The notes beneath the pieces were generated by a model. It saw only the letters and a program-made list of their open reading frames with translations, ran no database searches and was not told where the DNA came from. Both the position numbers and the translations under genes were made by a program. A stretch of 64,000 nucleotides of DNA from Alphaproteobacteria bacterium (lineage in GTDB: Bacteria > Pseudomonadota > Alphaproteobacteria > MPNO01 > UBA830): the NCBI GenBank assembly GCA_965243135.1, contig OZ251539.1:5792001-5856000 (forward strand). Direction: 5' to 3'. Below are positions 1 to 8,545 of this stretch, one piece after another. The stretch's first letter is position 1. Each line of letters begins with the position of its first letter.

Positions 1-220
1 TTCGAGGCGCAGGCGTCCACGCTCCGGCTTCCAAGCCAGCTTGTCTTGCGCGTTGCCCCACAGGGTCGTTTTCCGCGGCCGCCCGGCACTGCGCTGCGGC
101 GCTCGGCTGCCGGACGGTCGGTTCTCCTGACGTCGTCGACGCCTCGGACCGGGTTGCGACGCAGTTCCTTGCGTCGAGGGCGAAAGGTCTTCGCGCCGGG
201 AAACCGGCGCGGGGCCGCCG

Positions 221-1447
221 TCACAGCTTGCGCAAATCCTCGACGACGCGACCGTCGTCCGGAAGTTCCGCGACGAAGGCGACCTCTCCCCGGAGCTTGA
301 GGACGGCCTGCATGGAACGCTCGATGGCGGCCTTCAGCTCGGGATCGGCATCCGTCGCGACGACCCTCAGCGTCATCCTGTCGACGTCGCCGGGATTTTC
401 CACGACAAGGCGGGCGGAGCCGATCTCGGAATGGCGCCGGACGACATCCATTACGCCCGAGGGGTGAACGAACATGCCCCGGAACTTGACCGAATGGTCG
501 GCCCGGCCCATCCATCCCCGAATCCGGCGGTTGGTGCGTCCGCAGGGACTTGCGCCCGGCAGATGCTGCGAGAGGTCGCCCGTGCCGTAGCGGATCAACG
601 GGTAGGCCGGATCGAACGTGGTGACCGCGACTTCGCCGACTTCGCCCTCGGCCACCGGCGCGGTTCCGCCCGGCTCCACGAGTTCCAAAATGAGGCCCTC
701 GTCGACGATCATGCCGTCGCGCGCTCTGCTTTCGTAGGCGATGAGGCCGGTATCGGCGGTGGCGTAGCTGTTCGCCGCGGCGATGCCCCGGGCCGCGAAC
801 AGATCGCGCGCGGTCGGGGTCAGCGCTTCGGCGCCGACCACGGCCTTCGCGATCGAAGAGGTGTCGATGCCGAGTTCGTCTCCCTTCTCGAGCAGAATGC
901 GCAGGAACGACGGCGTGCCGACGTAACCTTGCGGGCGAATCCGGCCGATTGCCTGGACTTGGATCTCGGTGTTGCCGACGCCGCCGGGAAAGACAATGCA
1001 ACCGATGGCGCGCGCGCCGCTCTCGAACATCGCGCCGGCAGGCGTCAGATGGTACGAAAAGGTATTGTGGACGATATCGCCGGGCCGCATTCCAACCGCC
1101 CAGAGGGCGCGGGCGAAGCGTCCGAAATCCCTTCCGTCGGTTCCGGGTTCGAAGATCAATCCAGGCGACATGAAGACGTGCGTAACGGATTCGCCGGCCG
1201 TGAGGTCGCCAAACGGCGGGTCGGCTTCCTGGGCCCGCACGATGTCCGATTTGCGCGTAACGGGAAGGCTTGCAAGCGAGTCGAGACTGCCGATCTCCTG
1301 AGGCGACACCTCCGCGAGCAATTTGCCGAAGAAACCGGTCTTCGCCTTGGCGCGCGCGAGTTGCCTCTGTAGCGAGTCGAGCTGCTGCGCCCGGCGCTTT
1401 TCCTCGTCGCGGGTCTCGAGGTCGTCGTAAAATTCGCCTGCGTTCAT
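221..1447 (-). CDS. Phenylacetate-CoA ligase (PaaK) family AMP-binding protein
   Basis: 408-aa ORF with LPVTRKSD, YVGTPSFL, YPLIRYGTGDL and KFRGMFVHP, typical of the PaaK/ANL family. Confidence 0.85.
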   Translation of the reverse strand: MNAGEFYDDLETRDEEKRRAQQLDSLQRQLARAKAKTGFFGKLLAEVSPQEIGSLDSLASLPVTRKSDIVRAQEADPPFGDLTAGESVTHVFMSPGLIFEPGTDGRDFGRFARALWAVGMRPGDIVHNTFSYHLTPAGAMFESGARAIGCIVFPGGVGNTEIQVQAIGRIRPQGYVGTPSFLRILLEKGDELGIDTSSIAKAVVGAEALTPTARDLFAARGIAAANSYATADTGLIAYESRARDGMIVDEGLILELVEPGGTAPVAEGEVGEVAVTTFDPAYPLIRYGTGDLSQHLPGASPCGRTNRRIRGWMGRADHSVKFRGMFVHPSGVMDVVRRHSEIGSARLVVENPGDVDRMTLRVVATDADPELKAAIERSMQAVLKLRGEVAFVAELPDDGRVVEDLRKL

Positions 1448-1466
1448 CGGCGTCGCCCCCTCGCCC

Positions 1467-3368
1467 CTATCTCACGATTCCCCTCGCCCGCATCGCGTCG
1501 GCGATTTCGTCTAGGATCGCCGGGTCGTCGATGGTCGCCGGCATGGCCCAATCCTCTCCGTCGGCGATCTTGCGGATCGTGCCGCGCAGGATTTTGCCCG
1601 AACGGGTCTTGGGCAGGCGCGGCACTGCGATGGCGGTCTTGAAGGCAGCTACCGGGCCGATCTTTTCCCGCACCAGGCCAACGCATTCCTTCTCGATCTC
1701 CTGCGCGGGCCGTTCGACGCCGTTGTTGAGAACGAGGAAACCGGCCGGCACCTGGCCCTTCAGGCTGTCGGCGATTCCGAGCACGGCGCATTCCGCGACG
1801 TCGGGATGGGCGGCGAGGACTTCTTCCATGCCGCCGGTGGACAACCGGTGTCCGGCGACGTTGATGATGTCGTCGGTGCGGGACATGATGTAAAGGTATC
1901 CGTCCTCGTCCACGTAGCCGGCGTCGGCCGTTTCGTAGTGATCGGGAAAGGTCGAAAGGTAACTTTCCCTGAAGCGCGCGTCGTTCCGCCAGAGAGTGGG
2001 CAGGCATCCGGGCGGCAGCGGAAGCTTGACGCAGATGGCGCCGATTTCGCCGCGCTTCGTCTCTTCGCCTTTTTCGTCCAGCACGCGCACGTCGTATCCC
2101 GGCATCGGAACGGCGGGCGAGCCGTGCTTGACGGGCAGCAATCCGAGGCCGACCGGGTTGGCGGCGATCGCCCAGCCCGTCTCCGTCTGCCACCAGTGAT
2201 CGACGACGGGCGTTCCCAGCCTGGCCTCGGCCCATTGCAGGGTGTCGGGATCGGCGCGTTCGCCGGCGAGAAAGAGCGCGCGGAACCTGGACAGGTCGTA
2301 GTCGCGAACGAGCGATCCCTGAGGATCTTCCTTCTTGATCGCCCGAAAGGCCGTCGGCGCGGTGAACAGCGAAACCACGCCATGCTCGGAGATCACGCGC
2401 CAGAACGTGCCGGCGTCGGGCGTTGCCACAGGCTTGCCCTCGAAAAGGACGGTCGTGCAGCCGTGCAACAGCGGCCCGTAGACAATGTAGGAGTGACCGA
2501 CCACCCAGCCTACGTCGGATGCGGTCCACCAGACTTCGCCCGGCCTGACCCCGTATACGTTCCACATCGACCATTTGAGCGCCGCCATGTGGCCGCCGTT
2601 GTCGCGCACGACTCCCTTGGGCCGGCCGGTGGTGCCGGAGGTGTAGAGGATGTAGAGCGGGTCGGTCGCCGCCACGTTCACGCAATCGGCCGTCCTGCTC
2701 GCCGCTTTCGCGGCTTCGACGAGTTCGGTCCAGTCCTTGTCGCGTCCCTCGATCATCGCGGCGCGCGCCTGCCGGCGCTGGAGGACGATGCAGCGCTCCG
2801 GCTTGTGGGCGCTGAATTCGATGGCCTGGTCCAGCAGCGGCTTGTATTCGACGATGCGCCCCGGCTCGATGCCGCAGGATGCGGCGAGGATCAGTTTCGG
2901 CGCTGCGTCCTCTATGCGGGCCGCCAGTTCCTTCGCGGCGAAGCCGCCGAAGACGACGGAATGGATCGCGCCGAGCCGCGCGCAGGCCAGCATGGCGACG
3001 GCCGCCTCGGGGACCATGGGCATGTAGCAGATGACCCGGTCGCCCTTGCCGACGCCCTCGTCGGCGAGCACGGCGGCGAAAGTCGCCACCTCGCGCTGCA
3101 ATTCGGCATAGGTGCAAACGGCCTTGGCGCCGGTGACCGGGCTGTCGTAGACGATCGCCGGCTGTTCTCCCCGACCGCCCGCGACATGGCGGTCGACGCA
3201 GTTGAAGCAGGTGTTGCATTCCGCGCCGACGAACCAGCGGTCGAGGCCGTTGATCCTGTCGAAGATTCGGTCGGCGGGTTTCGACCAGTCGATCCCTTCG
3301 GCGGCGCCGCGCCAGAAACCCTCCGGATCCGCTTTCCAGTCCGCGTAGATTTTGTGATAGTCGCTCAT
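1467..3368 (-). CDS. prpE: Propionyl-CoA synthetase
   Basis: YILYTSGTTGRPKG AMP-binding motif, DHWWQTETGW and PKTRSGKILR. Start taken at MSDYHKIY after a GGAGG RBS. Confidence 0.9.
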   Translation of the reverse strand: MSDYHKIYADWKADPEGFWRGAAEGIDWSKPADRIFDRINGLDRWFVGAECNTCFNCVDRHVAGGRGEQPAIVYDSPVTGAKAVCTYAELQREVATFAAVLADEGVGKGDRVICYMPMVPEAAVAMLACARLGAIHSVVFGGFAAKELAARIEDAAPKLILAASCGIEPGRIVEYKPLLDQAIEFSAHKPERCIVLQRRQARAAMIEGRDKDWTELVEAAKAASRTADCVNVAATDPLYILYTSGTTGRPKGVVRDNGGHMAALKWSMWNVYGVRPGEVWWTASDVGWVVGHSYIVYGPLLHGCTTVLFEGKPVATPDAGTFWRVISEHGVVSLFTAPTAFRAIKKEDPQGSLVRDYDLSRFRALFLAGERADPDTLQWAEARLGTPVVDHWWQTETGWAIAANPVGLGLLPVKHGSPAVPMPGYDVRVLDEKGEETKRGEIGAICVKLPLPPGCLPTLWRNDARFRESYLSTFPDHYETADAGYVDEDGYLYIMSRTDDIINVAGHRLSTGGMEEVLAAHPDVAECAVLGIADSLKGQVPAGFLVLNNGVERPAQEIEKECVGLVREKIGPVAAFKTAIAVPRLPKTRSGKILRGTIRKIADGEDWAMPATIDDPAILDEIADAMRARGIVR

Positions 3369-3584
3369 CCGCCCGCCTCCGTCGCGTCGGGCGGGAGCAT
3401 AGCCGGTTCGGCGAGGAAATTCGTGAGAGTTGCAACGCGAGGTGGTTGCGCCGTTCCGCTTTTTGTCTGCTGCCATCCGCTCGGCGCCTCGCGGGCAGGC
3501 CCGCAAGAGTCGCGCAGCCTCCTCGACGACCGCGCGGAAAGACGTGCATGAACGAATGCGCCGACGGCCCGGCCTCGCGACGCT

Positions 3585-3646
3585 CTATCGCCGACAGGCG
3601 GAATGCGGGAACTGCCTATCGCCGACAGGCGGAATGCGGGAGCTGC
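3585..3646. repeat. 31-bp tandem duplication (2 copies, 1 mismatch)
   Basis: ctatcgccgacaggcggaatgcggga(a/g)ctgc at 3585-3615 and 3616-3646. Confidence 0.9.
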
Positions 3647-3705
3647 CGACAGCAATTTTCCACGAAGGCGGCTGCCGAAATGTCCGAACGAGACATCGTC
3701 CGACA

Positions 3706-5244
3706 TCAGGCGGTCTCGCAATCGAACCCGACGACGTTGCGCTCCTCGCGGCTGAACTCCACCCCGATCAAGTGGACCGAGCGACCGAAATGGCGGTACT
3801 TGTCCGCGTAGCCCTTCTCCCGCAGCTGCGCGAGCGCGACCCCCTCCCGCCCGCGCTCCACCACCTTGAACTCGAACAGGTAGACGCGCCCGCCGGCGCG
3901 GATCGCCATGTCGGCGCGCCCCCGGCTGCCGCTGTCCTCGGCCACCGGCTCGAGGCCCTCCATCAGGAAGCAACTGTGGATGACGCTCGCGTAGTGGGCC
4001 TCGTACTTCGCGACGGGGCTGTTCATGTACCACTGGTGCGGGATGGCGGCGAAGATGCCGCGGAACAGGGTCGCGAGGCGCTCGAAGTCGTTCGCTTCCA
4101 GCAGTTCGCCCAGCCGCAGGTTCTCCGTCTTCTTGCGGGCCTCGGCCGGGAGCAGCTCTCCCAGCAGGGTCTCGCCCAAACTCCGGCGCACCTCGAGGTT
4201 CGGATAGTCCAGCCTGTAGCGCCCGTCCTCCTCGCCCGCGATGGTGAGGTAGCCGGTCTGGAACAGAAGCGCCTCGACCGAGATATTGTCCACGTCGACG
4301 GACGAAAGCAGGCTCTCGCTGCCGGTCATGCTGTCCAGATCCGGGGTGGGCAAGTCGCGGCGCGCCAGCGTCTCGACCAGGAAGGTCGGCGTGCCGCTCT
4401 GGAACCAGTACGGGCGGAACTCGCGTCGCCGAAACAGCAGCAGAATGTCGAACGGGTTGTAGAGCTTCTCCGGCCCGCGCCAGTTGTAGCCGTTGTACCA
4501 GCGCCGGACCTCGTCCCGGTCCAGGCCCTCGAGTTCCGGGGCGAAGACCGCGTCCAGCTCGTCGTCCGTGTAGCCGCAAATGTCCGAGAACTCCGGCTCC
4601 AGCGTGACGTCGATCAGGTTGTTCAGGCCCGAGAAAATGCCCGCCTGCGAGAATTTGCTCACCCCCGTCAGGAAAACGAAACGGAGCTGCCTGTCGCAAG
4701 CCTTGAGCGCCCCGTACAGGCTGCGCAGGAAGCGCCGGTTGGCCAACGCCAGTTCCCGGTCGCCGAGCGCGTCCAGGATAGGCTTGTCGTATTCGTCCAC
4801 CAGCACGACCGTCCGCTGCCCGGTGCGCTCGTGCAGCGTCCTTATCAGGCGCTGGAAACGGACCGACGCCCCGGCGGGGCCCGGTTCGAGACCGGCCTGC
4901 ATCTCCGCTTCTTCCAGCTGCGCTTCCACGGTTTCCCGAACCCCGTCCGGGGTGTCGAAATCGCCCACGCCGCTGAAATCCAGCCGCACGACCGGATGGC
5001 GGGCCGACCAGTCCCACTTGCCGTGCACGGCAAGGCCCCGGAACAACTCCTCGCTTCCCTCGAACATCTCCTGCAGCGTGTCCACCAGCAGGGTCTTGCC
5101 GAACCGGCGCGGACGCGACAGGAAATAGTACTTGCCGCCCTCGACAAGGCGGCGCGCATGCTCCGTCTTGTCGACGTAGTAGCAGTCCATCCCCCGGATC
5201 TCCCGGAGGGAAGAAAAGCCGATCGGAAGCATGCGTTTCGCCAT
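3706..5244 (-). CDS. AAA-ATPase-like protein with C-terminal PD-(D/E)XK nuclease domain
   Basis: LPIG start, YYVDKT, Walker A SRPRRFGKT, Walker B VLVDEYDKP, WYNGY and C-terminal GRADM...YLFEFK...ALAQL.EKGY. Confidence 0.9.
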   Translation of the reverse strand: MAKRMLPIGFSSLREIRGMDCYYVDKTEHARRLVEGGKYYFLSRPRRFGKTLLVDTLQEMFEGSEELFRGLAVHGKWDWSARHPVVRLDFSGVGDFDTPDGVRETVEAQLEEAEMQAGLEPGPAGASVRFQRLIRTLHERTGQRTVVLVDEYDKPILDALGDRELALANRRFLRSLYGALKACDRQLRFVFLTGVSKFSQAGIFSGLNNLIDVTLEPEFSDICGYTDDELDAVFAPELEGLDRDEVRRWYNGYNWRGPEKLYNPFDILLLFRRREFRPYWFQSGTPTFLVETLARRDLPTPDLDSMTGSESLLSSVDVDNISVEALLFQTGYLTIAGEEDGRYRLDYPNLEVRRSLGETLLGELLPAEARKKTENLRLGELLEANDFERLATLFRGIFAAIPHQWYMNSPVAKYEAHYASVIHSCFLMEGLEPVAEDSGSRGRADMAIRAGGRVYLFEFKVVERGREGVALAQLREKGYADKYRHFGRSVHLIGVEFSREERNVVGFDCETA

Positions 5245-6304
5245 GCGGGCGGGATAGGCCGCCGCAGCGGAATTGTCAAGGAGGAGGCGATTGCAGCGCC
5301 AAGCGCTGGAGATCGGGCAGTTCCCAAGACAGCAAGGATTGTTCTGTTGCCGTGGGGGCCACAGTGTTGTGGGTTTGGGTGCCGATGACATTGCCCGTGC
5401 CCCTCTGGCCAGGTTTTTTGCCCGGCGCGGCCGTTTGCCGCAGGGCGGTGCCCGGGTGGCTGGCCTTGAGGTGGAATCTGCCAAAACGGTGGTCTCCGCG
5501 TGGTGAATTCGTAATTTTCCGTACCTGAATTCGGAGCAAAAGAAATTTCGCGTCCCTGAAGCGGTCCGTATTTGAAGACGCTACGAACAGCGCAAGAGTC
5601 TCAAACTTGGCTGTCGCGCCGCCTCCTCGACCATGCGTCCTGGGCGCAGCGGGGCGACAGGAACTCGTTCTGCAGGCGTCCTCCGGCAGGATATCAAGAG
5701 TTACGCTTCACGAACCCGATTTCAAGAAGTCCGAAGGAATGTTCGACGTTCGTACGTCCCGTTCTTGCCGACGCAGGTGCCCGCGTTTCCTTTGGATTTC
5801 GACGACAAACGACGGCGCTGGGAACTACGGAAGAAGCGTCATCGTTCCAAATCGTCGCGGACGGCGAAACGGATTCCGGTAACTTCGTCCTCGATCTTCC
5901 GCGGCAAGCCTATGGGCATCCGAGGTTAGAAAGACCCCGATGTCGGTTTCGAGGGCGACCGCCGCAGCATCGGGCCTCCCCGCGATAGGCGCGGACCGGA
6001 GGGCGACGGCCGATGCGTCCGGCGTCTCGGAAAGATGGCCGTGCGATTGGAGCGTCGAGGCGGCGGTCAATTTCATCCGCCGCCCTCGGCAATCCGGGAA
6101 GACGCCTCGCGGCTCCGGGCGGCGGTCCTTGCGTCGACCCGGATCGTCCAATGACGCCGCCTTCGCCGATCGAAGACCCCGCAGGCTGCCGCCGGGGTTT
6201 GCCGTGACGCATAGCCGCCAAATCCCGAAACGTCGCTTATGCCGGGAACGCTCCCGCCTTCGCGCAGCCCGCAGCTTTCATAGGTCGCCGTTTGCGGATT
6301 CAGC

Positions 6305-6333
6305 TTGCTTCCGGCGTTGATGCGGCATATATT
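6305..6333 (+). promoter_or_regulatory. Putative sigma70 promoter of the Ubl operon
   Basis: TTGCTT (6305-6310), 17-bp spacer, TATATT (6328-6333), about 65 bp before the ATG at 6398. Confidence 0.4.
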
Positions 6334-6397
6334 GCCGCAGGTTGTCGGGGCAGGGCTTGGCCCGGTTCGACGCAGCGTCGGAAGAGAGGGTTCGCTC

Positions 6398-6694
6398 ATG
6401 GGCGACATTCCGGGAAACGATGAATCCGGTGCACGACCGGTGGCCAATGTGGCGGAGGTCGTGCAGATCAAGGTGAACGGGATGGTCATTAAGGTCGCCG
6501 AAACGATCATGATCCGTGAAATTCTAACGCAGGCGAAGTGGGCTGGCGCTATTCAAGGAATGATTGAAGAATACATCCTCGAAAGAGTCGAGGAAGATGG
6601 GGAATTTGGGGAATTGGGAATCGAAGAAACCGTCACGGTGACGGAGCGTGAGGAGTTTCTGGCCGTGCCGACCGGGAGGACGGAAGTTGCTTAG
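6398..6694 (+). CDS. Putative ubiquitin-like (beta-grasp) protein
   Basis: 98 aa. VQIKVNG...IREILTQA...YILERV...ETVTVTEREEFLAVP fits the beta-grasp pattern, and the gene is first in an E2/E1/JAB operon. Confidence 0.65.
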   Translation: MGDIPGNDESGARPVANVAEVVQIKVNGMVIKVAETIMIREILTQAKWAGAIQGMIEEYILERVEEDGEFGELGIEETVTVTEREEFLAVPTGRTEVA

Positions 6695-6718
6695 TTGATG
6701 CGCGGCCGGAGAGATATC

Positions 6719-7105
6719 ATGGATGCTGATCAGCAGATCGTTGGCGAGTTGCAGGGGTTGGGGTACCGTCCTCAGGTCGTAGATGGCGATACGCCTGGCG
6801 GCAGGCAGAAAGTGGTTATATTTCCCTATCGCATTCATACAGGTCGATTCAAGGGCGAGACGCGAACCGTCGGCATATCCACGGATTGCGAGGCGGTCGG
6901 CTATCCAGAAGTGCCGCCCCATTGGATATTTATCAGCCCTCCGATAACGGATACGCGGGATGGCGGTCATCATGGCGTAAACAGTTTCGCAGGAAGGAAA
7001 TGGGTTGTACTGAGTCGTCCTCCGGGCGGGTTTTGGGACAGAGTTCAACGCAAAGGAATGAGAGCCTACCTGGAACACCTGTCAAAAGTGTGCGCCCGTA
7101 TATGA
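6719..7105 (+). CDS. Prokaryotic E2-like (UBC-fold) protein
   Basis: 128 aa with GYPEVPPHWIFISP (E2 YP..PP motif) and WVVLSRP. Its stop overlaps the E1 gene start (ATGA). Confidence 0.7.
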   Translation: MDADQQIVGELQGLGYRPQVVDGDTPGGRQKVVIFPYRIHTGRFKGETRTVGISTDCEAVGYPEVPPHWIFISPPITDTRDGGHHGVNSFAGRKWVVLSRPPGGFWDRVQRKGMRAYLEHLSKVCARI

Positions 7106-8502
7106 GGCGGAAAGTCTGGCACGAGGTCGCGCTGACATCCGAGGCCAACGAAGCCGCTTGCGATCACCTTCTGCAACATTATCGAAGCGGCGAATGTCAA
7201 GAAGATCTTTGTTTTGGGCTGTGGACGCCCAGCACGGGTCTGGAACGGGAAACGGCCATCGTCACGTCTATTTTACTGCCGACCGGCGACGAAAGAAGCC
7301 TGCACGGCAATGCGAGTTTCGAACCGGCATATCTTGCAAGAGCGGCGCGAGCGGCGATCAAGGCTGGTCAAGGATTGGCATTCATGCACAGCCATCCGGG
7401 CGACGGATGGCAGGACATGAGCCCTCTGGACACCCGGGCGGAACGGAACCGCATCGCAGACACCGCGAGGGCGACAGGCAAGCCGCTGATCGGGATGACT
7501 GTCGGAGCCGACGGGTATTGGAGCGCCAGAGTCTGGAAGGAAAAATCGCGCAAAAAAACGAGATCGTGGTCCAGAAAAGTCAGGGTTCTGGAAAAGGGGC
7601 GTCTGGTGATCTGGCGATGTCCCGTATCGGAACGGATGGACAGACGAAAGCAGAGGAGAACCATAGAGAGTTGGGGGGAGGAGAGACAGCGGCGCTTGGA
7701 GGCGTTGCGCGTCGGGATAGTCGGTCTCGGCAGCGTCGGCAGCGTGGTGGCGGAAGGCCTCGCCCGAACGGGTATACGCGAATTGGTGCTGATTGACGAC
7801 GATATTGTGGAACCGCACAATCTGGATCGTCTCTTGAACGCGAGCGCGAAGGACATCGGACGTCCGAAAACCGATGTCGCCGAAAGATCCGTGCGAAGAG
7901 TCAGCACTGCCGGAAAGATCCAGATCATCAACCATCGCCGAAAGATCCAGGAATGGGAAGCGTATGCGTCTGCGCGCGATTGCGACGTTCTCTTTAGTTG
8001 CGTCGATAGCCCCTTGGCCCGAGACCTCTTGAATAGAATCGCTTACCGGGACGCCATCCCGGTGTTGGATGGCGGCGTGGAGGTAAGGAAAGACCCTAGA
8101 AACGGCAACATGAACGCAGCGCGATGGAAGGCTCATGCAGTGAACCCTTATAGGGAATGCCTTAGGTGCAAGGGGCAATACACTTCAAGCGACGTAATGT
8201 TGGAACTGGATGGATCATGGCGAAGTCCCCATTACATCAGGGGATCAGGGCGTGATGAAAGAGGCGCGGAAAACGTTTTTTGCCTGAGCTTGTCGGTAGC
8301 GAGCGAACTTCTTAACGCGATGCTGCGCATGTTGATCGCTGAAACATGGTGGCCGGATCAGCAAGGAATAGAGCGCAACCTCGTAACCGGAAGAACGAAA
8401 AAACAAAGCGGCGTCTGCCATGAAAATTGCTCAATAAATCGTGAAAGGTGGTGTGGAGACTGCGGAAGCGAGATTGCTTATCTCGAATCTGATTCCACCT
8501 GA
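7102..8502 (+). CDS. JAB/MPN peptidase - ThiF/E1 adenylyltransferase fusion
   Basis: N-terminal QEDLCF...FMHSHPGDGWQDMSPLD (JAB-like). C-terminal VGIVGLGSVG, DDDIVEPHNLDRL, SCVDSPLAR, and Zn ligands CLRC and CHENC. Confidence 0.88.
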   Translation: MRRKVWHEVALTSEANEAACDHLLQHYRSGECQEDLCFGLWTPSTGLERETAIVTSILLPTGDERSLHGNASFEPAYLARAARAAIKAGQGLAFMHSHPGDGWQDMSPLDTRAERNRIADTARATGKPLIGMTVGADGYWSARVWKEKSRKKTRSWSRKVRVLEKGRLVIWRCPVSERMDRRKQRRTIESWGEERQRRLEALRVGIVGLGSVGSVVAEGLARTGIRELVLIDDDIVEPHNLDRLLNASAKDIGRPKTDVAERSVRRVSTAGKIQIINHRRKIQEWEAYASARDCDVLFSCVDSPLARDLLNRIAYRDAIPVLDGGVEVRKDPRNGNMNAARWKAHAVNPYRECLRCKGQYTSSDVMLELDGSWRSPHYIRGSGRDERGAENVFCLSLSVASELLNAMLRMLIAETWWPDQQGIERNLVTGRTKKQSGVCHENCSINRERWCGDCGSEIAYLESDST

Positions 8503-8545
8503 AATTGACCTTTCGAATTGAAACATCCTTTGACAGGAGGGTATC

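Noticed and set aside
3585-3646. CRISPR array
   Set aside because: Two abutting units with no spacer and no cas genes. No CRISPR array was seen anywhere in the window.
5273-5990. Possible transposase or gene fragments upstream of the Ubl operon (e.g. FGRFH resembling ISL3 DRFH)
   Set aside because: Only a few residues match, with no terminal repeats or continuous frame. BLASTX is needed.
6398-8502. CBASS/Pycsar or thiamine/molybdopterin sulfur-carrier operon
   Set aside because: No CD-NTase or cyclase is present. The E2-like gene and the absence of a GG-ending ThiS/MoaD or biosynthetic neighbours argue against cofactor synthesis.
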